This document shows positions 29,301 through 38,801 of a stretch of 64,000 bases of DNA, one piece after another. The position numbers were made by a program, and so were the translations under genes. Within the stretch, counting starts at the first letter, position 1. Each line of letters opens with the position of its first letter. The notes under the pieces are model-generated. The model searched no databases. It was not told where the DNA came from and was given only the letters and a program-made list of their open reading frames with translations. Source of the DNA: Candidatus Thalassarchaeaceae archaeon. GTDB lineage: Archaea > Thermoplasmatota > Poseidoniia > Poseidoniales > Thalassarchaeaceae. The stretch spans positions 2,096 through 66,095 of the forward strand of contig DASCSS010000010.1 of the NCBI GenBank assembly GCA_034399535.1, written 5' to 3'.

Positions 29301-32300
29301 CTTCCCACCAAGTGGACTCTCCCAAATCGGCGTCCATGATTTCGGCATCAATGACTTCTCCATTGTTGGATTTGTTCTCCAGCACCCTGTTACACTCCTC
29401 GGGATCAATGAAAATCAAGAAAACCACAGCGATCATCGTGAGGGCCGCACCGGTGTAGATTGCCGGGATGACGTCGTTGTCAAAGAATTCCAAGACCTGC
29501 CCTGTCTTGGAGAGTGCTATCACACCCCCTAAATTGAACATCGACATGTATGCAGTGAATTGAGTCCCTCCCACCTTGCTCCATGTCATTTTCATGCACA
29601 CAGCAACTACAGCGATGAAGGCGACGCCCGTGACGAAGCCTTTGATTAAAACGTATATCACCATGATTGGGGTGTTTGTCCAGAATGGTTCCAGGATGGC
29701 AAGCATGCCATTGCATATCGCTAGGCAGGTGAATCCAATCATTCCCATTCTCCTTACGCCAAATTTTTCCCCGAGGAAACCGCCCGAGATTTGGCCAAAC
29801 ATGGTTGCTAGGATACCACCCCCGCCCACGATCAAGCTGTACTTTGCATCCCCCCAACCAGACTGTACAACTAATATGTCAATGATAATAGGGTCAAGGA
29901 AGTAGTACATTTCGGTAAGAAGGCAGCAGAAAATCAGAAGGAAGGAAGACTTCAGATGGAATGCCTTGGTTAAGTTGAAACTAGTCTGAGCAAGAGTTCT
30001 CATGGAGGATTGCGGCAACAAAGAGAATGGATTGTTTACCTTGAGCAAAGAAGCATCCCCGTCATTACGTGAGCCTAATCTTTCGAGAAATGCTACAAAT
30101 ACTGCGAGGACTAAGCCTCCGAATGCGACTATCTTGGCCTTTGAGTAGAATGGCACTGTGAGATCCACTGATACGATGGCAAACACAAGGCCGGACACGA
30201 AGATAAAGATCGAGATTATCGTGATAAATGCTGGAACGGAAATTTTCTCTTCGAAGGTCGCCTTTCCCACTGCTACGGCAGCCCACCACCTAGATTCCTC
30301 CGGATCATCCCAGTAGAGCTTCTCATCCACTTCATCCGACTCCTCGAAGAGGCTGTCTTTCTCTGGCCCGGTAGACTCGGAAGTCCGGGTGGACCACGGG
30401 AATAGCCTAGTACCCGGCTTCTCGTATAGGAACATGGGCAGCACCATGATCAGAAGTAGTAGGGGGAGCTGGATAGCGAGCATCCCCCTGATACCAATTG
30501 TGCTGACCAAACTGCCAAGAACAGCCCCTCCAACTATCATCCCAGCCCTCTTTGATGCGAACATATATCCATTCACCTTCGAAACCTCGTGATCTTGCAA
30601 AACGTCGACTGCTAGAGCGTCAGTGCTGACGTCCTGAAGGGAAGCGAAGATGTTGTGGATGAACATGAGCGATATCACAATGTCGATCTGCTCGATCAGG
30701 TTAGGAACAAAGAGAATAATTCCGATGGTCACGGCCATTCCAAACTGAGAGAGGAGGACCCAAAGCCTTCGTTTTCCATAAATTGGGATGTTTAGTGTAT
30801 CGATTACAGGCCCCCATATCCATTTGAAGGTCCAGGGAAGAGCTATCGTGGCCAGAAGAGTTCCGGTTTGCCCTGCAGTGAAGCCATTTTCGGCCAAGTA
30901 TGCTACGAATGCAACTACGGCGAACCCCCATGGGAGGCCTTGAGCGAAGTATAGAATGCACAGGGAAACCATTCTTCTGAGCCTGTTGTCCGTTAGGCTC
31001 TCCCCATCGAACCACTCTTCAATCAGTCGTTCCCTGTGGAAAACCACGTACCCGAGCATCAAGGCAAACATCAGAGCTACTGCGATTACCAGAATTCTGG
31101 AAGCGCCCGAATCGTCGGACTCGTCGGCTACTTCTGGCATATCGAGTAGGATTACCCTTCGGGCGTCTACTGGGGAAATGTGTTCATCGTCGACTACCAG
31201 TCTGGCATAGATTGTCGAATTTCCAGATTCAACGTGTGGTTCCAATCGGATGCTCCAAAGGGCCCAGTTACCCAGTGGGGAGTCGTCCACGGCTTCCTTC
31301 CATTCTCCTCCTCCTACTCTAACCTCAACCCTCGTCTGGCTTCCAGGTTCTGATGATCCTGCCTTTGCTCCCAATGATGACCCATGTATGTTGCTCTCAT
31401 TGAGTACCTCTCCCATAGTGGAAATCTCCATCGAAATATTCAGGGAGCGGTCAATGCTGCCTGCAGCCTCAACGAATGCAGTTGGATCCGCCTGCCCGTA
31501 GCCAAACTCATTGTCGGGTCGAGTTTCTAGAATGCTGCAGTCGTTGAAACCAGGATCATCCAGCAATTGGATGTCGCGCTCGATGGAATGGGCGCCAATG
31601 ATGTCTTTGAACTCAGTCGGGGTTAGGTCGGGATTTGCCTGCACCATCAACGCTGCAATCCCTGCCATCAGTGGGGTGGCCATGCTGGTTCCAGATTTGC
31701 TCACGTATCCGTCCTGTGTTGCAGCATCGGGAGCCATGATGTCTGAGCCAATGGTTGCCACGTCGGGCTTAACCCTGAGGTCAGATGTGTATCCCCGACT
31801 GCTGTAGATTGCCAAGCCCAAATCCTTGTCCAGGCTTGCAACAGTGACCGGGAGTCTGGCATCCCCCGGGCTGTCAATCGTGTTGCAACCCGCTATCGTG
31901 AGTCCGCCAAATTCGTTTCCGGCCGAGAGAGTGGTGATAATGCCCGCTTCGACAACCATGTCCATCTGGCGGCTCCATGCGGAGTTGCCATCGTTGTCAA
32001 CGTGAATCTCGAACTGCTGCTCTCCCAATGAAGAGGTTACGATGTCAATACCATACTTGTCCTTGTTGTCTATGGCCCACTGGGCCCCTTGCATCACATC
32101 CTCAATGTCACCGTCACAGCATCCGAGGATGTTGATCAGGTGGGCACCGGGTGCTGCTCCGATGTAACGGAGCCCGGTTTCAGGATCAGTCTGGCCGCCT
32201 CCTGTCCCAGCTGCTATCCCTGCAACATGACTGCCATGGGTCCCAGAGTCGTATGAGGACGAGGGGTCCTGCTCTTCGTCAGTGAATACCGCATCATAGA

Positions 32301-33030
32301 AGGCGATTATTTTGGGATCGCAGTCCGAAGGAATGGGATCTGGGTCAGGATCAAATGGATCTGGATCAGGAGGTTCGTCGAAGCAGGTGAATGGGTCATC
32401 GTCCATGTCGTTGAGTCCCTCGTGATCTCCTCGTACTCCCGTATCCAGAACGGCAATTACAGCACCAGTTCCATCGAATCCGAAATCTTGCCATACCGCG
32501 TCGACCCCCATATTGGGGACTGCCTCGTGCATGTTCGTTTCGGCGAGGCCTAGGTCTTCGACCATAACGATTCCAGGCAATGCTCTGATTTCCTCGGGGT
32601 CCAGAATTGAAGCAAGGGGGGCAGTAGCTGACAGCGTGTCCAAATATGCGAAACGGAAAGTCACTTCCACACCTAGAGCTTCTAACGATTCCACGTCTGC
32701 ATCGGTGGGATGATGATCGTAATCCAAGAAGATCCTCGCGCTTCCGGTTGGTGCCCTCCTCCACCAGTCCCTCTGAGTCTCATCCGGCTGCTCCATGAGC
32801 CACTCAAGCCGATCATCCAAGGAGTCGTGATCCTTGTCCCGGCTCCAATGAGTCCACCATTCTGAATGAATCTCTAGCTCGACGCTCGGCGACCAAATTC
32901 CTTCTGCATCGAGTCCTCCTCGAGGACTCTCTTCAGGAGAGATAGAAGATGCAGCGAGAGGTGTAGCGAGAGCCAAAATCAGAAAGCAAGCTAGGGTGCC
33001 CTTGCGTATGCCCATGGCCCTACGGGCCAC
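29266..33030 (-). CDS. Fusion protein: secreted subtilisin-like serine protease (S8, with I9-like propeptide) – single TM anchor – MFS permease domain (AmpG/folate-biopterin-transporter-like).
   Basis: Signal peptide (MARRAMGIRKGTLACFLILALATPLAASS). Catalytic triad contexts VIAVLDTGV (D196), SGTHGSHVAG (H265), GTSMATPLMAG (S449) and oxyanion N in LSAGNEFG. TM anchor at aa 645-664. The C-terminal ~540 aa hold 12 predicted TM helices with LYFAQGLPWGF near TM1 and a long acidic central loop. One uninterrupted ORF. Confidence 0.75.
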   Translation of the reverse strand: MARRAMGIRKGTLACFLILALATPLAASSISPEESPRGGLDAEGIWSPSVELEIHSEWWTHWSRDKDHDSLDDRLEWLMEQPDETQRDWWRRAPTGSARIFLDYDHHPTDADVESLEALGVEVTFRFAYLDTLSATAPLASILDPEEIRALPGIVMVEDLGLAETNMHEAVPNMGVDAVWQDFGFDGTGAVIAVLDTGVRGDHEGLNDMDDDPFTCFDEPPDPDPFDPDPDPIPSDCDPKIIAFYDAVFTDEEQDPSSSYDSGTHGSHVAGIAAGTGGGQTDPETGLRYIGAAPGAHLINILGCCDGDIEDVMQGAQWAIDNKDKYGIDIVTSSLGEQQFEIHVDNDGNSAWSRQMDMVVEAGIITTLSAGNEFGGLTIAGCNTIDSPGDARLPVTVASLDKDLGLAIYSSRGYTSDLRVKPDVATIGSDIMAPDAATQDGYVSKSGTSMATPLMAGIAALMVQANPDLTPTEFKDIIGAHSIERDIQLLDDPGFNDCSILETRPDNEFGYGQADPTAFVEAAGSIDRSLNISMEISTMGEVLNESNIHGSSLGAKAGSSEPGSQTRVEVRVGGGEWKEAVDDSPLGNWALWSIRLEPHVESGNSTIYARLVVDDEHISPVDARRVILLDMPEVADESDDSGASRILVIAVALMFALMLGYVVFHRERLIEEWFDGESLTDNRLRRMVSLCILYFAQGLPWGFAVVAFVAYLAENGFTAGQTGTLLATIALPWTFKWIWGPVIDTLNIPIYGKRRLWVLLSQFGMAVTIGIILFVPNLIEQIDIVISLMFIHNIFASLQDVSTDALAVDVLQDHEVSKVNGYMFASKRAGMIVGGAVLGSLVSTIGIRGMLAIQLPLLLLIMVLPMFLYEKPGTRLFPWSTRTSESTGPEKDSLFEESDEVDEKLYWDDPEESRWWAAVAVGKATFEEKISVPAFITIISIFIFVSGLVFAIVSVDLTVPFYSKAKIVAFGGLVLAVFVAFLERLGSRNDGDASLLKVNNPFSLLPQSSMRTLAQTSFNLTKAFHLKSSFLLIFCCLLTEMYYFLDPIIIDILVVQSGWGDAKYSLIVGGGGILATMFGQISGGFLGEKFGVRRMGMIGFTCLAICNGMLAILEPFWTNTPIMVIYVLIKGFVTGVAFIAVVAVCMKMTWSKVGGTQFTAYMSMFNLGGVIALSKTGQVLEFFDNDVIPAIYTGAALTMIAVVFLIFIDPEECNRVLENKSNNGEVIDAEIMDADLGESTWWEDEGGGDSVTAA

Positions 33031-33057
33031 TAGTCATGTTTGAGGATTCGGACTAGG

Positions 33058-33927
33058 CTATTCACCCGTGATTGTGAATCCTTGCTCGTCGTAGTCCCAA
33101 TCAATGACCTGCCAACCGGCCTCCTCGACGCTTGAGCTGACTTCTTCCCTGATATTGGGGGCACAAAGAAGTCCTGCACATCCCCCTCCTCCGGCCCCTA
33201 AGGCCTTCCATGCGACTACTTGCCCGCTAGAAATTAGTGGCCCGACTACCTCTCGGAAGGGGTCATGGATCGTGCGATCGATCATGTCAACACCTTCGCA
33301 GACCTCTTTTAGTGAGTTGACAACCATATCCCTCCTATCTTGCTGAAGACCATTTGCCATTGGTCTTGCAGCGGCCCTAATCCTATGGAGTCCATCGATA
33401 ACTGATTGATCTCCTTCGGAGTATCTCTTCCAGACCTTTTCCTGCATTTCCCCCGAATTTCGACTCTCACCGGAATAGGCCAAGAGAAGGTGCTTGCGAA
33501 GCCACATCTTTGCTGACCTCATTGGTTCGAAGGGAATCACCTCTACTGAATCACCGATGAAGAGTAGGTGGTTGAAGCCCCCTCTTGCCGATGCCCACTG
33601 GTCCTGCCTCCCACATACCATCCCATCTCTTGACTCCAGTTCGAAGGCCAGCTCAGCTAATTCTTCTGGGATTTCAGTAGAATCGGAAAGTAGGCCTGCA
33701 ATTGCCACGTTCATTGCACTGCTAGTCCCCAATCCAGAACCTCTGGGTGTTTCAAAGTTCAATACGATGTCATCTGGCCCTGAGTCCCCTCCAACTGCTG
33801 TAACCCTACGATTAATTGCGAAGTTCACGACTTCTCCGCCAAAATCTCTAGGATAAGGTCCTACATCGGTCCAGCCTCCTGCCAAATCAACTCGGACCGG
33901 GGCCGAGGCCTGTCTCCTTTCTGCCAC
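33058..33927 (-). CDS. GHMP-family kinase of the sugar-kinase / heptose-7-P-kinase-like subgroup (substrate unresolved).
   Basis: N-terminal PVRVDLAGGWTDVGPYPRDFGGEVVNFAI resembles the R-x-sF-GGGTD…fGG-V motif of the HddA/fucokinase subgroup. GHMP ATP loop TPRGSGLGTSSAMNVA. 289 aa. Confidence 0.65.
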   Translation of the reverse strand: MAERRQASAPVRVDLAGGWTDVGPYPRDFGGEVVNFAINRRVTAVGGDSGPDDIVLNFETPRGSGLGTSSAMNVAIAGLLSDSTEIPEELAELAFELESRDGMVCGRQDQWASARGGFNHLLFIGDSVEVIPFEPMRSAKMWLRKHLLLAYSGESRNSGEMQEKVWKRYSEGDQSVIDGLHRIRAAARPMANGLQQDRRDMVVNSLKEVCEGVDMIDRTIHDPFREVVGPLISSGQVVAWKALGAGGGGCAGLLCAPNIREEVSSSVEEAGWQVIDWDYDEQGFTITGE

Positions 33928-33986
33928 GTCCTTGGCATCACTGCCCGAGTCATCATTGTTACTGGGACCGAAAATAACGGGTACTT

Positions 33987-34718
33987 GTGACCCCTCCGGG
34001 TGACATGGACCCTAGCGTGGAGGCTGCAGTTGCCGCTTTCTCAAGGGGAGAGCCGGTGATGATATTCGACTCGGCCTATCGCGAGAGGGAGACAGACCTT
34101 CTCTGGCCTGCTGCCGCTGCCTCACCAGAAGTGATGCGCAGGCTGCGGAAGGATTGTGGGGGACTTCTATTTCTGGCGATTGGAAATGAGGTGGGGGAGA
34201 AGTTCGGGCTACCCTGGCTACAGGATATCCACACCCATCCTTCATTATTGGAGGAAAATCCTGTACTTGGTCACCTGATTACCAATGACCTGCAGTACGA
34301 CAATAGATCTGCCTTCACGGTATCATTGAACCATCGCGATACCTATACTGGAATCACAGACAGGGATAGGTCCCTGACAACTAGGAGGTTTGGAGAACTG
34401 ACCATGGAGGCCTTCGAGAATGATTTGGGTTTCAATGAGGCTATTGCGGCATTGGGAGTAGAATTCAGAACACCGGGTCACATTCCAGTTTGCAGGGAAT
34501 CCCCAGGGGGTTTGACTACACGACAGGGTCACACCGAACTGGCCGTTGCAATCGCAAGGTTAGCTGGATTGGTCCCATGTACCATAGGGGCAGAAATGCT
34601 TGAGCCGGATGGAGACGGTGCCCTCTCCGTAGATGAAGCAATGAAGTATGCTTTCAAACATGGAATTCCCATGATTACTGGAGAGGAAATCACTTCCGCA
34701 ATGGAAGAAAAAGATTAG
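33987..34718 (+). CDS. ribB: 3,4-dihydroxy-2-butanone 4-phosphate synthase.
   Basis: Archaeal-type RibB motifs …GEPVMIFDSAYRERETDLLWPAAA… and …TPGHIPVCRE…. Confidence 0.8.
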   Translation: MTPPGDMDPSVEAAVAAFSRGEPVMIFDSAYRERETDLLWPAAAASPEVMRRLRKDCGGLLFLAIGNEVGEKFGLPWLQDIHTHPSLLEENPVLGHLITNDLQYDNRSAFTVSLNHRDTYTGITDRDRSLTTRRFGELTMEAFENDLGFNEAIAALGVEFRTPGHIPVCRESPGGLTTRQGHTELAVAIARLAGLVPCTIGAEMLEPDGDGALSVDEAMKYAFKHGIPMITGEEITSAMEEKD

Positions 34719-34745
34719 GCGGGACTGTCTTCTAGGGGTTCTAAC

Positions 34746-35204
34746 ATGGTTCGAGTGATGGCAGTGGGAATCTTCGATCTTCTCCATGCGGGACATCTCC
34801 ATTACGTCGAGCAGGCCAAAACATTGGGAGATGAACTCGTTGTCGTAATAGCTCACGATGAAACGGTTCGATTGCAGAAGCACGAGCCTGTCACTGGTCA
34901 AGAGTTACGTAGGAGGATGGTAGAGGGGCTTAAGCCAGTAGATACTGCAATCATTGGCAACCCCCCCGGAGTACCAATTTTTGAGATTCTGAAGACGATT
35001 GAACCTGACATAATCGCTCTCGGATACGACCAGAAGCACTCAATTGATTCCATTAAAGAGGGAATGGAAAAACACGGATTCGGACATGTCAGAGTGATGC
35101 GTGTAGAGGGCCTCTCAGACGATCTAGACGGAACAAGAAAGATCATTTCGAGGATCTTAGACCTTTGGCCGAGTTCAGAGGGTGGACCTTACGAGGAAGA
35201 CTAG
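34746..35204 (+). CDS. ribL: FAD synthetase, archaeal CTP-dependent RibL (cytidylyltransferase-like).
   Basis: N-terminal MVRVMAVGIFDLLHAGHLHYVEQA (HxGH nucleotidyltransferase motif). About 150 aa. Sits in the rib cluster. Confidence 0.75.
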   Translation: MVRVMAVGIFDLLHAGHLHYVEQAKTLGDELVVVIAHDETVRLQKHEPVTGQELRRRMVEGLKPVDTAIIGNPPGVPIFEILKTIEPDIIALGYDQKHSIDSIKEGMEKHGFGHVRVMRVEGLSDDLDGTRKIISRILDLWPSSEGGPYEED

Positions 35205-35808
35205 TATGTATACCGGAATTGTTGCCGGGACTGCCCCTGTATCAGAAATAAAGGAGGGCGAGGGCGTTCGTACGCTATCTATTGATCTTGATGGATACTC
35301 AGATGGACTGGAGGTTGGCGCAAGTGTTGCACTCGATGGGGTTTGCATGACGGTGGTTTCAATGGAAGGCACGGAGGTTCAATTCGATGCCATAGAAGAA
35401 ACACTGCAAAGAACCACACTGGGTGAGATTACGTCGGGAGAGGTTGTGAACGTCGAACGGTCGTTGAGGGTTGGAGACGAGATAGGGGGTCACATTCTGT
35501 CAGGTCACATAATGACGACTGCGAAGATTGCTAGAAAGGAGAATCGGGGAGAAGGATTGGATATTATAGTGGAGAATCCTGACAGGGCTCGGCCCTTCAT
35601 TTTGGAAAAGGGATTCATTGGTATCGATGGCATGTCTCTGACAATTGGCGAGGTATCGGAAGAGGAGTTCGCACTGCATATCATCCCCGAGACCCTAAGA
35701 ATCACGACAATTGGCCTCAAGGAAGTTGGGGACAGAGTAAATTTGGAGGTTGACTCGCACACCCAAGCAGTGGTCGAGACGATGTTGAGGATGGAGGGGG
35801 GATTGTGA
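35182..35808 (+). CDS. Riboflavin synthase, bacterial-type (alpha chain with two lumazine-binding repeats).
   Basis: MYTGIVAGTAPVSEI…LDGVCMTVV and a second repeat …GHIMTTAKIA…GIDGMSLTIGEV. Overlaps ribL by about 23 nt. Confidence 0.8.
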   Translation: MDLTRKTSMYTGIVAGTAPVSEIKEGEGVRTLSIDLDGYSDGLEVGASVALDGVCMTVVSMEGTEVQFDAIEETLQRTTLGEITSGEVVNVERSLRVGDEIGGHILSGHIMTTAKIARKENRGEGLDIIVENPDRARPFILEKGFIGIDGMSLTIGEVSEEEFALHIIPETLRITTIGLKEVGDRVNLEVDSHTQAVVETMLRMEGGL

Positions 35809-36200
35809 ATCTAGGAATTGTCTGTGGTTCGTTTCATCGCAAGGAAATAGAAATAATGCTCGAATATGCAAAAGAAGAAGCTGCTGAAAAAAACTGGGAG
35901 GTTGCCGATGTAGTGTGGGTCCCGGGTTCGATGGAAGCCCCTCTGGCCCTTGATAGGTTGCTGCAGAGGGAAGGAATCCAGGGTGCGGTTGTGTTGGGAA
36001 TAATTGAACGTGGGGAAACCGATCACGGGCTCGTAATGGGACAATCAGTAACTAGAGCCGTAATTGAAATTCAGATTAAGCACAACAAGCCGATTGGACT
36101 AGGGATTATCGGTCCGGGAGCGGAACCAGAGCACATCGGCCCTCGTTTAGAACCCCATGCCAGAGCTGCAGTCGGTGCTGTTGCCGCTATGGCAAAGTAA
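35805..36200 (+). CDS. ribH: 6,7-dimethyl-8-ribityllumazine synthase.
   Basis: 131 aa with …VVWVPGSMEAPLAL…GAVVLGIIERGETDHGLVMGQ… typical of lumazine synthase. Overlaps the upstream gene by 4 nt. Confidence 0.85.
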   Translation: MNLGIVCGSFHRKEIEIMLEYAKEEAAEKNWEVADVVWVPGSMEAPLALDRLLQREGIQGAVVLGIIERGETDHGLVMGQSVTRAVIEIQIKHNKPIGLGIIGPGAEPEHIGPRLEPHARAAVGAVAAMAK

Positions 36201-36207
36201 TCGCTAT

Positions 36208-36531
36208 TCACTGTCCTGGAAGCCTGAAATTTCCTAGATCAGCACTAGTAATCTTATCCATCTCCTCCACAGAAATGAGGGGGGTTAGTTTTCCATTGAA
36301 TACTCCTGAAGCCCCAACGGCAAGGGAGAAGGCAGTAATCTTGACATTGTCCGGAACATCCATGATGCACATGAAATCTTTTTCTCCATAACACCAGTAG
36401 TACGCTTCGAGCGTACCTCCAAATGATTCCGCGATTCTCACGGCCTCATCCCTACGAGCTGTTCCACCTTCCTTTAGGAGACCTGCAGCACCTTCAGCAG
36501 TATAGCTTCCTGAAAACATGAATTTGGGCAT
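36208..36531 (-). CDS. GYD-domain protein.
   Basis: MPKFMFSGSYTAEG…EAYYWCYGEKDFMCIMDVPDN… matches the GYD family (YGEYD). ATG at 36531 gives 107 aa. The longer ORF runs to 36609. Confidence 0.6.
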   Translation of the reverse strand: MPKFMFSGSYTAEGAAGLLKEGGTARRDEAVRIAESFGGTLEAYYWCYGEKDFMCIMDVPDNVKITAFSLAVGASGVFNGKLTPLISVEEMDKITSADLGNFRLPGQ

Positions 36532-36641
36532 AAAATGGACAGTTTTTGATTGATATATTACTATTTTGGACGGTTTTCGGATAGGAAATATTGATTTCAT
36601 CACGGTCAAGATTCAAAGGATGCCGAGTCTCACGATAAGAT

Positions 36642-37571
36642 ATGGGAGAAGCGGCTAGGAGAGTTGTCATCATTGGCTCGGGACCTGCAGGTTATACTGC
36701 TGGCCTATATGCAGCTAGAGCTCTGCTTGAACCGCTAATGTTTGCCGGGTACATGTCAGGAGGTCAGCTAATGCTAACTTCAGATGTGGAGAATTTTCCA
36801 GGATACCCTCAAGGTGTTGAAGGCCCCGCGATGATGGTACACATGAGAGATCAGGCAGAGAGATTTGGTCTCGAGATTCAAGACAAGAATGTGGAGCGAG
36901 TAGATCTCTCAGAGCGTCCATTCGGAGTTTGGGTAGAAGGAGAAGAGTTCCGTGCAGAGAGTCTGATAATTTGTACTGGGGCCGAAGCGATATGGCTAGG
37001 GGCAGAGGGCGAAGATGAGCAGAAGGGGAGGGGAATTTCCACATGTGCAACCTGTGATGGCGCATTCTTCCGGGATGAGGAGATTATTGTAATAGGTGGA
37101 GGAGATTCTGCGATGGAAGAGGCCATCTTCCTAACCAGATTTGCAAGCAAGGTGACCATAATCCATCGTAGAGATGTTTTCAGATCATCAAAAGTGATGT
37201 ACGAAAGGGCTGCTAAACATCCGAAAATAGAAATCAAAACATTCCGACAAGTGAAGAAATGGATGGCCAATTCAGATGGCCTTACTGGAGCTCTGCTTGA
37301 AGATCCAAGAGACGGTTCGGAAGAGGAAATAGGATGTTCTGGTGCATTTATTGCAATTGGCCACAAGCCAATTACAAACTTCCTAGAGGGACAATTGAAG
37401 ACTGACGGAGAAGGGTACCTGATGCATGTTGACAATACTATGACGAACGTAGCCGGAGTCTTCGCTGCTGGTGATGTCGTCGATAAGAGATACCGGCAGG
37501 CAATAACTGCTGCAGGAATGGGTTGCCAGGCGGCCATAGATGCAGAAAGATGGTTGGAAGATCAGCGCTGA
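36642..37571 (+). CDS. trxB: Thioredoxin-disulfide reductase.
   Basis: FAD motif VVIIGSGPAGYTAGLYAAR, redox-active CATCDG, NADPH motif VIGGGDSAMEEA. 309 aa. Confidence 0.9.
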   Translation: MGEAARRVVIIGSGPAGYTAGLYAARALLEPLMFAGYMSGGQLMLTSDVENFPGYPQGVEGPAMMVHMRDQAERFGLEIQDKNVERVDLSERPFGVWVEGEEFRAESLIICTGAEAIWLGAEGEDEQKGRGISTCATCDGAFFRDEEIIVIGGGDSAMEEAIFLTRFASKVTIIHRRDVFRSSKVMYERAAKHPKIEIKTFRQVKKWMANSDGLTGALLEDPRDGSEEEIGCSGAFIAIGHKPITNFLEGQLKTDGEGYLMHVDNTMTNVAGVFAAGDVVDKRYRQAITAAGMGCQAAIDAERWLEDQR

Positions 37572-37697
37572 GACCTGCCCATGTTCAGCCCCATGGTGTT
37601 CGAAGTTCGGTAAACCTCGGGTTAATTGTCCGAGATTACCCTTGAAAGAAGTGCCTTGACCGAAGGGCACTTGTCATCTATCCCTTCTCGCAGAACC

Positions 37698-38801
37698 ATG
37701 AAGGGCGGCCTGAGTGATGACCAGATGGAGCGATATGCCCGACACATCTCTCTTCCGGGGGTTGGTGAGGAAGGCCAGTTGTTAATGCTGAGTTCCTCGG
37801 TGTTAGTCATTGGAGCAGGAGGTTTGGGTTCGCCTGCCCTACTATATCTCTCTGCAGCGGGTGTGGGAAAAATTGGAGTAATGGATCATGACTCAGTTAG
37901 CCTGTCAAACCTACAGAGGCAGGTGATTCACTCAAATGCGGCGATTGGTGAATCGAAGGCCATCTCTGCTGCACGAAGAATTTCGGAACTCAATCCTGAT
38001 GTGGAAGTCGTTGCAATAGGTGAAAAACTGACTCATGAAAATGCAATTGATATTTTCGAAGATTTTGACGTTATATTGGACGGAACTGATAATTTTGAAA
38101 CTAGATATCTGATTGGGGACGTTTGTGAAGTTCTAGAAAAGCCATGGGTTTTCGGAAGCATACACAGATTCGAGGGGCAGGTATCGACATTCAATCTCAA
38201 GGGTGGGCCCAACTACAGGGACCTGTTTCCCCAGTCCCCTCCACCAGAACTTGCACCCAATTGCGCCGAAGCCGGCGTTCTTGGGGTCCTTCCTGGCATT
38301 GTAGGAACGATTCAAGCCACTGAGGCATTAAAGATAATTCTGAATATTGGAGAAACATTAGATGGGAATCTGCTAACAATTAATGCAAAAGACATGGATA
38401 TGAGAAAGCTGTCATTCAACTTGGATGCTAGTAGAGAACGTGTGAGTTCTACAAATTTCCCAACGCAAGTGAGTTTCGCAGAAATCAGTCCAATTGACTT
38501 CGTAGAACGCTCCAATGACGGTTGGGCGCCATTTCTGCTGGATGTTAGAGGGGCAGAGGAAGAGCAGATCACCACATTAGATGGGACAGATTTGCGTATT
38601 CAGCATCTCCAGGTCCCCTCAAGAATTCATGAAATCCCTCAAAACAAAGACATCGTAGTGTATTGCAGGATTGGTAGCAGATCTGCTGCTATTGCCAGAT
38701 TACTAGTTGAGTCAGGAAGACCCCCTGAGAGCATCTACAACCTATTCGGGGGAATTCACCTATGGGCCGACACGGTAGATTCTTCAATAATTAAATACTA
38801 A
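37698..38801 (+). CDS. ThiF/MoeB-family E1-like adenylyltransferase with C-terminal rhodanese domain (MoeB/UbaA-like).
   Basis: …RYARHISLPGVGEEGQLLMLSSSVLVIGAGGLGSPALLYLSAAGVGKIGVMDHDSVSLSNLQRQ… and a rhodanese active-site Cys in VVYCRIGSRS. The ORF is open from a TTG at 37626. ATG at 37698 is preferred. Confidence 0.8.
   Translation: MKGGLSDDQMERYARHISLPGVGEEGQLLMLSSSVLVIGAGGLGSPALLYLSAAGVGKIGVMDHDSVSLSNLQRQVIHSNAAIGESKAISAARRISELNPDVEVVAIGEKLTHENAIDIFEDFDVILDGTDNFETRYLIGDVCEVLEKPWVFGSIHRFEGQVSTFNLKGGPNYRDLFPQSPPPELAPNCAEAGVLGVLPGIVGTIQATEALKIILNIGETLDGNLLTINAKDMDMRKLSFNLDASRERVSSTNFPTQVSFAEISPIDFVERSNDGWAPFLLDVRGAEEEQITTLDGTDLRIQHLQVPSRIHEIPQNKDIVVYCRIGSRSAAIARLLVESGRPPESIYNLFGGIHLWADTVDSSIIKY

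Noticed and set aside
36878-37537. 219-aa ORF on the − strand inside trxB.
   Set aside because: This is a shadow ORF of thioredoxin reductase.
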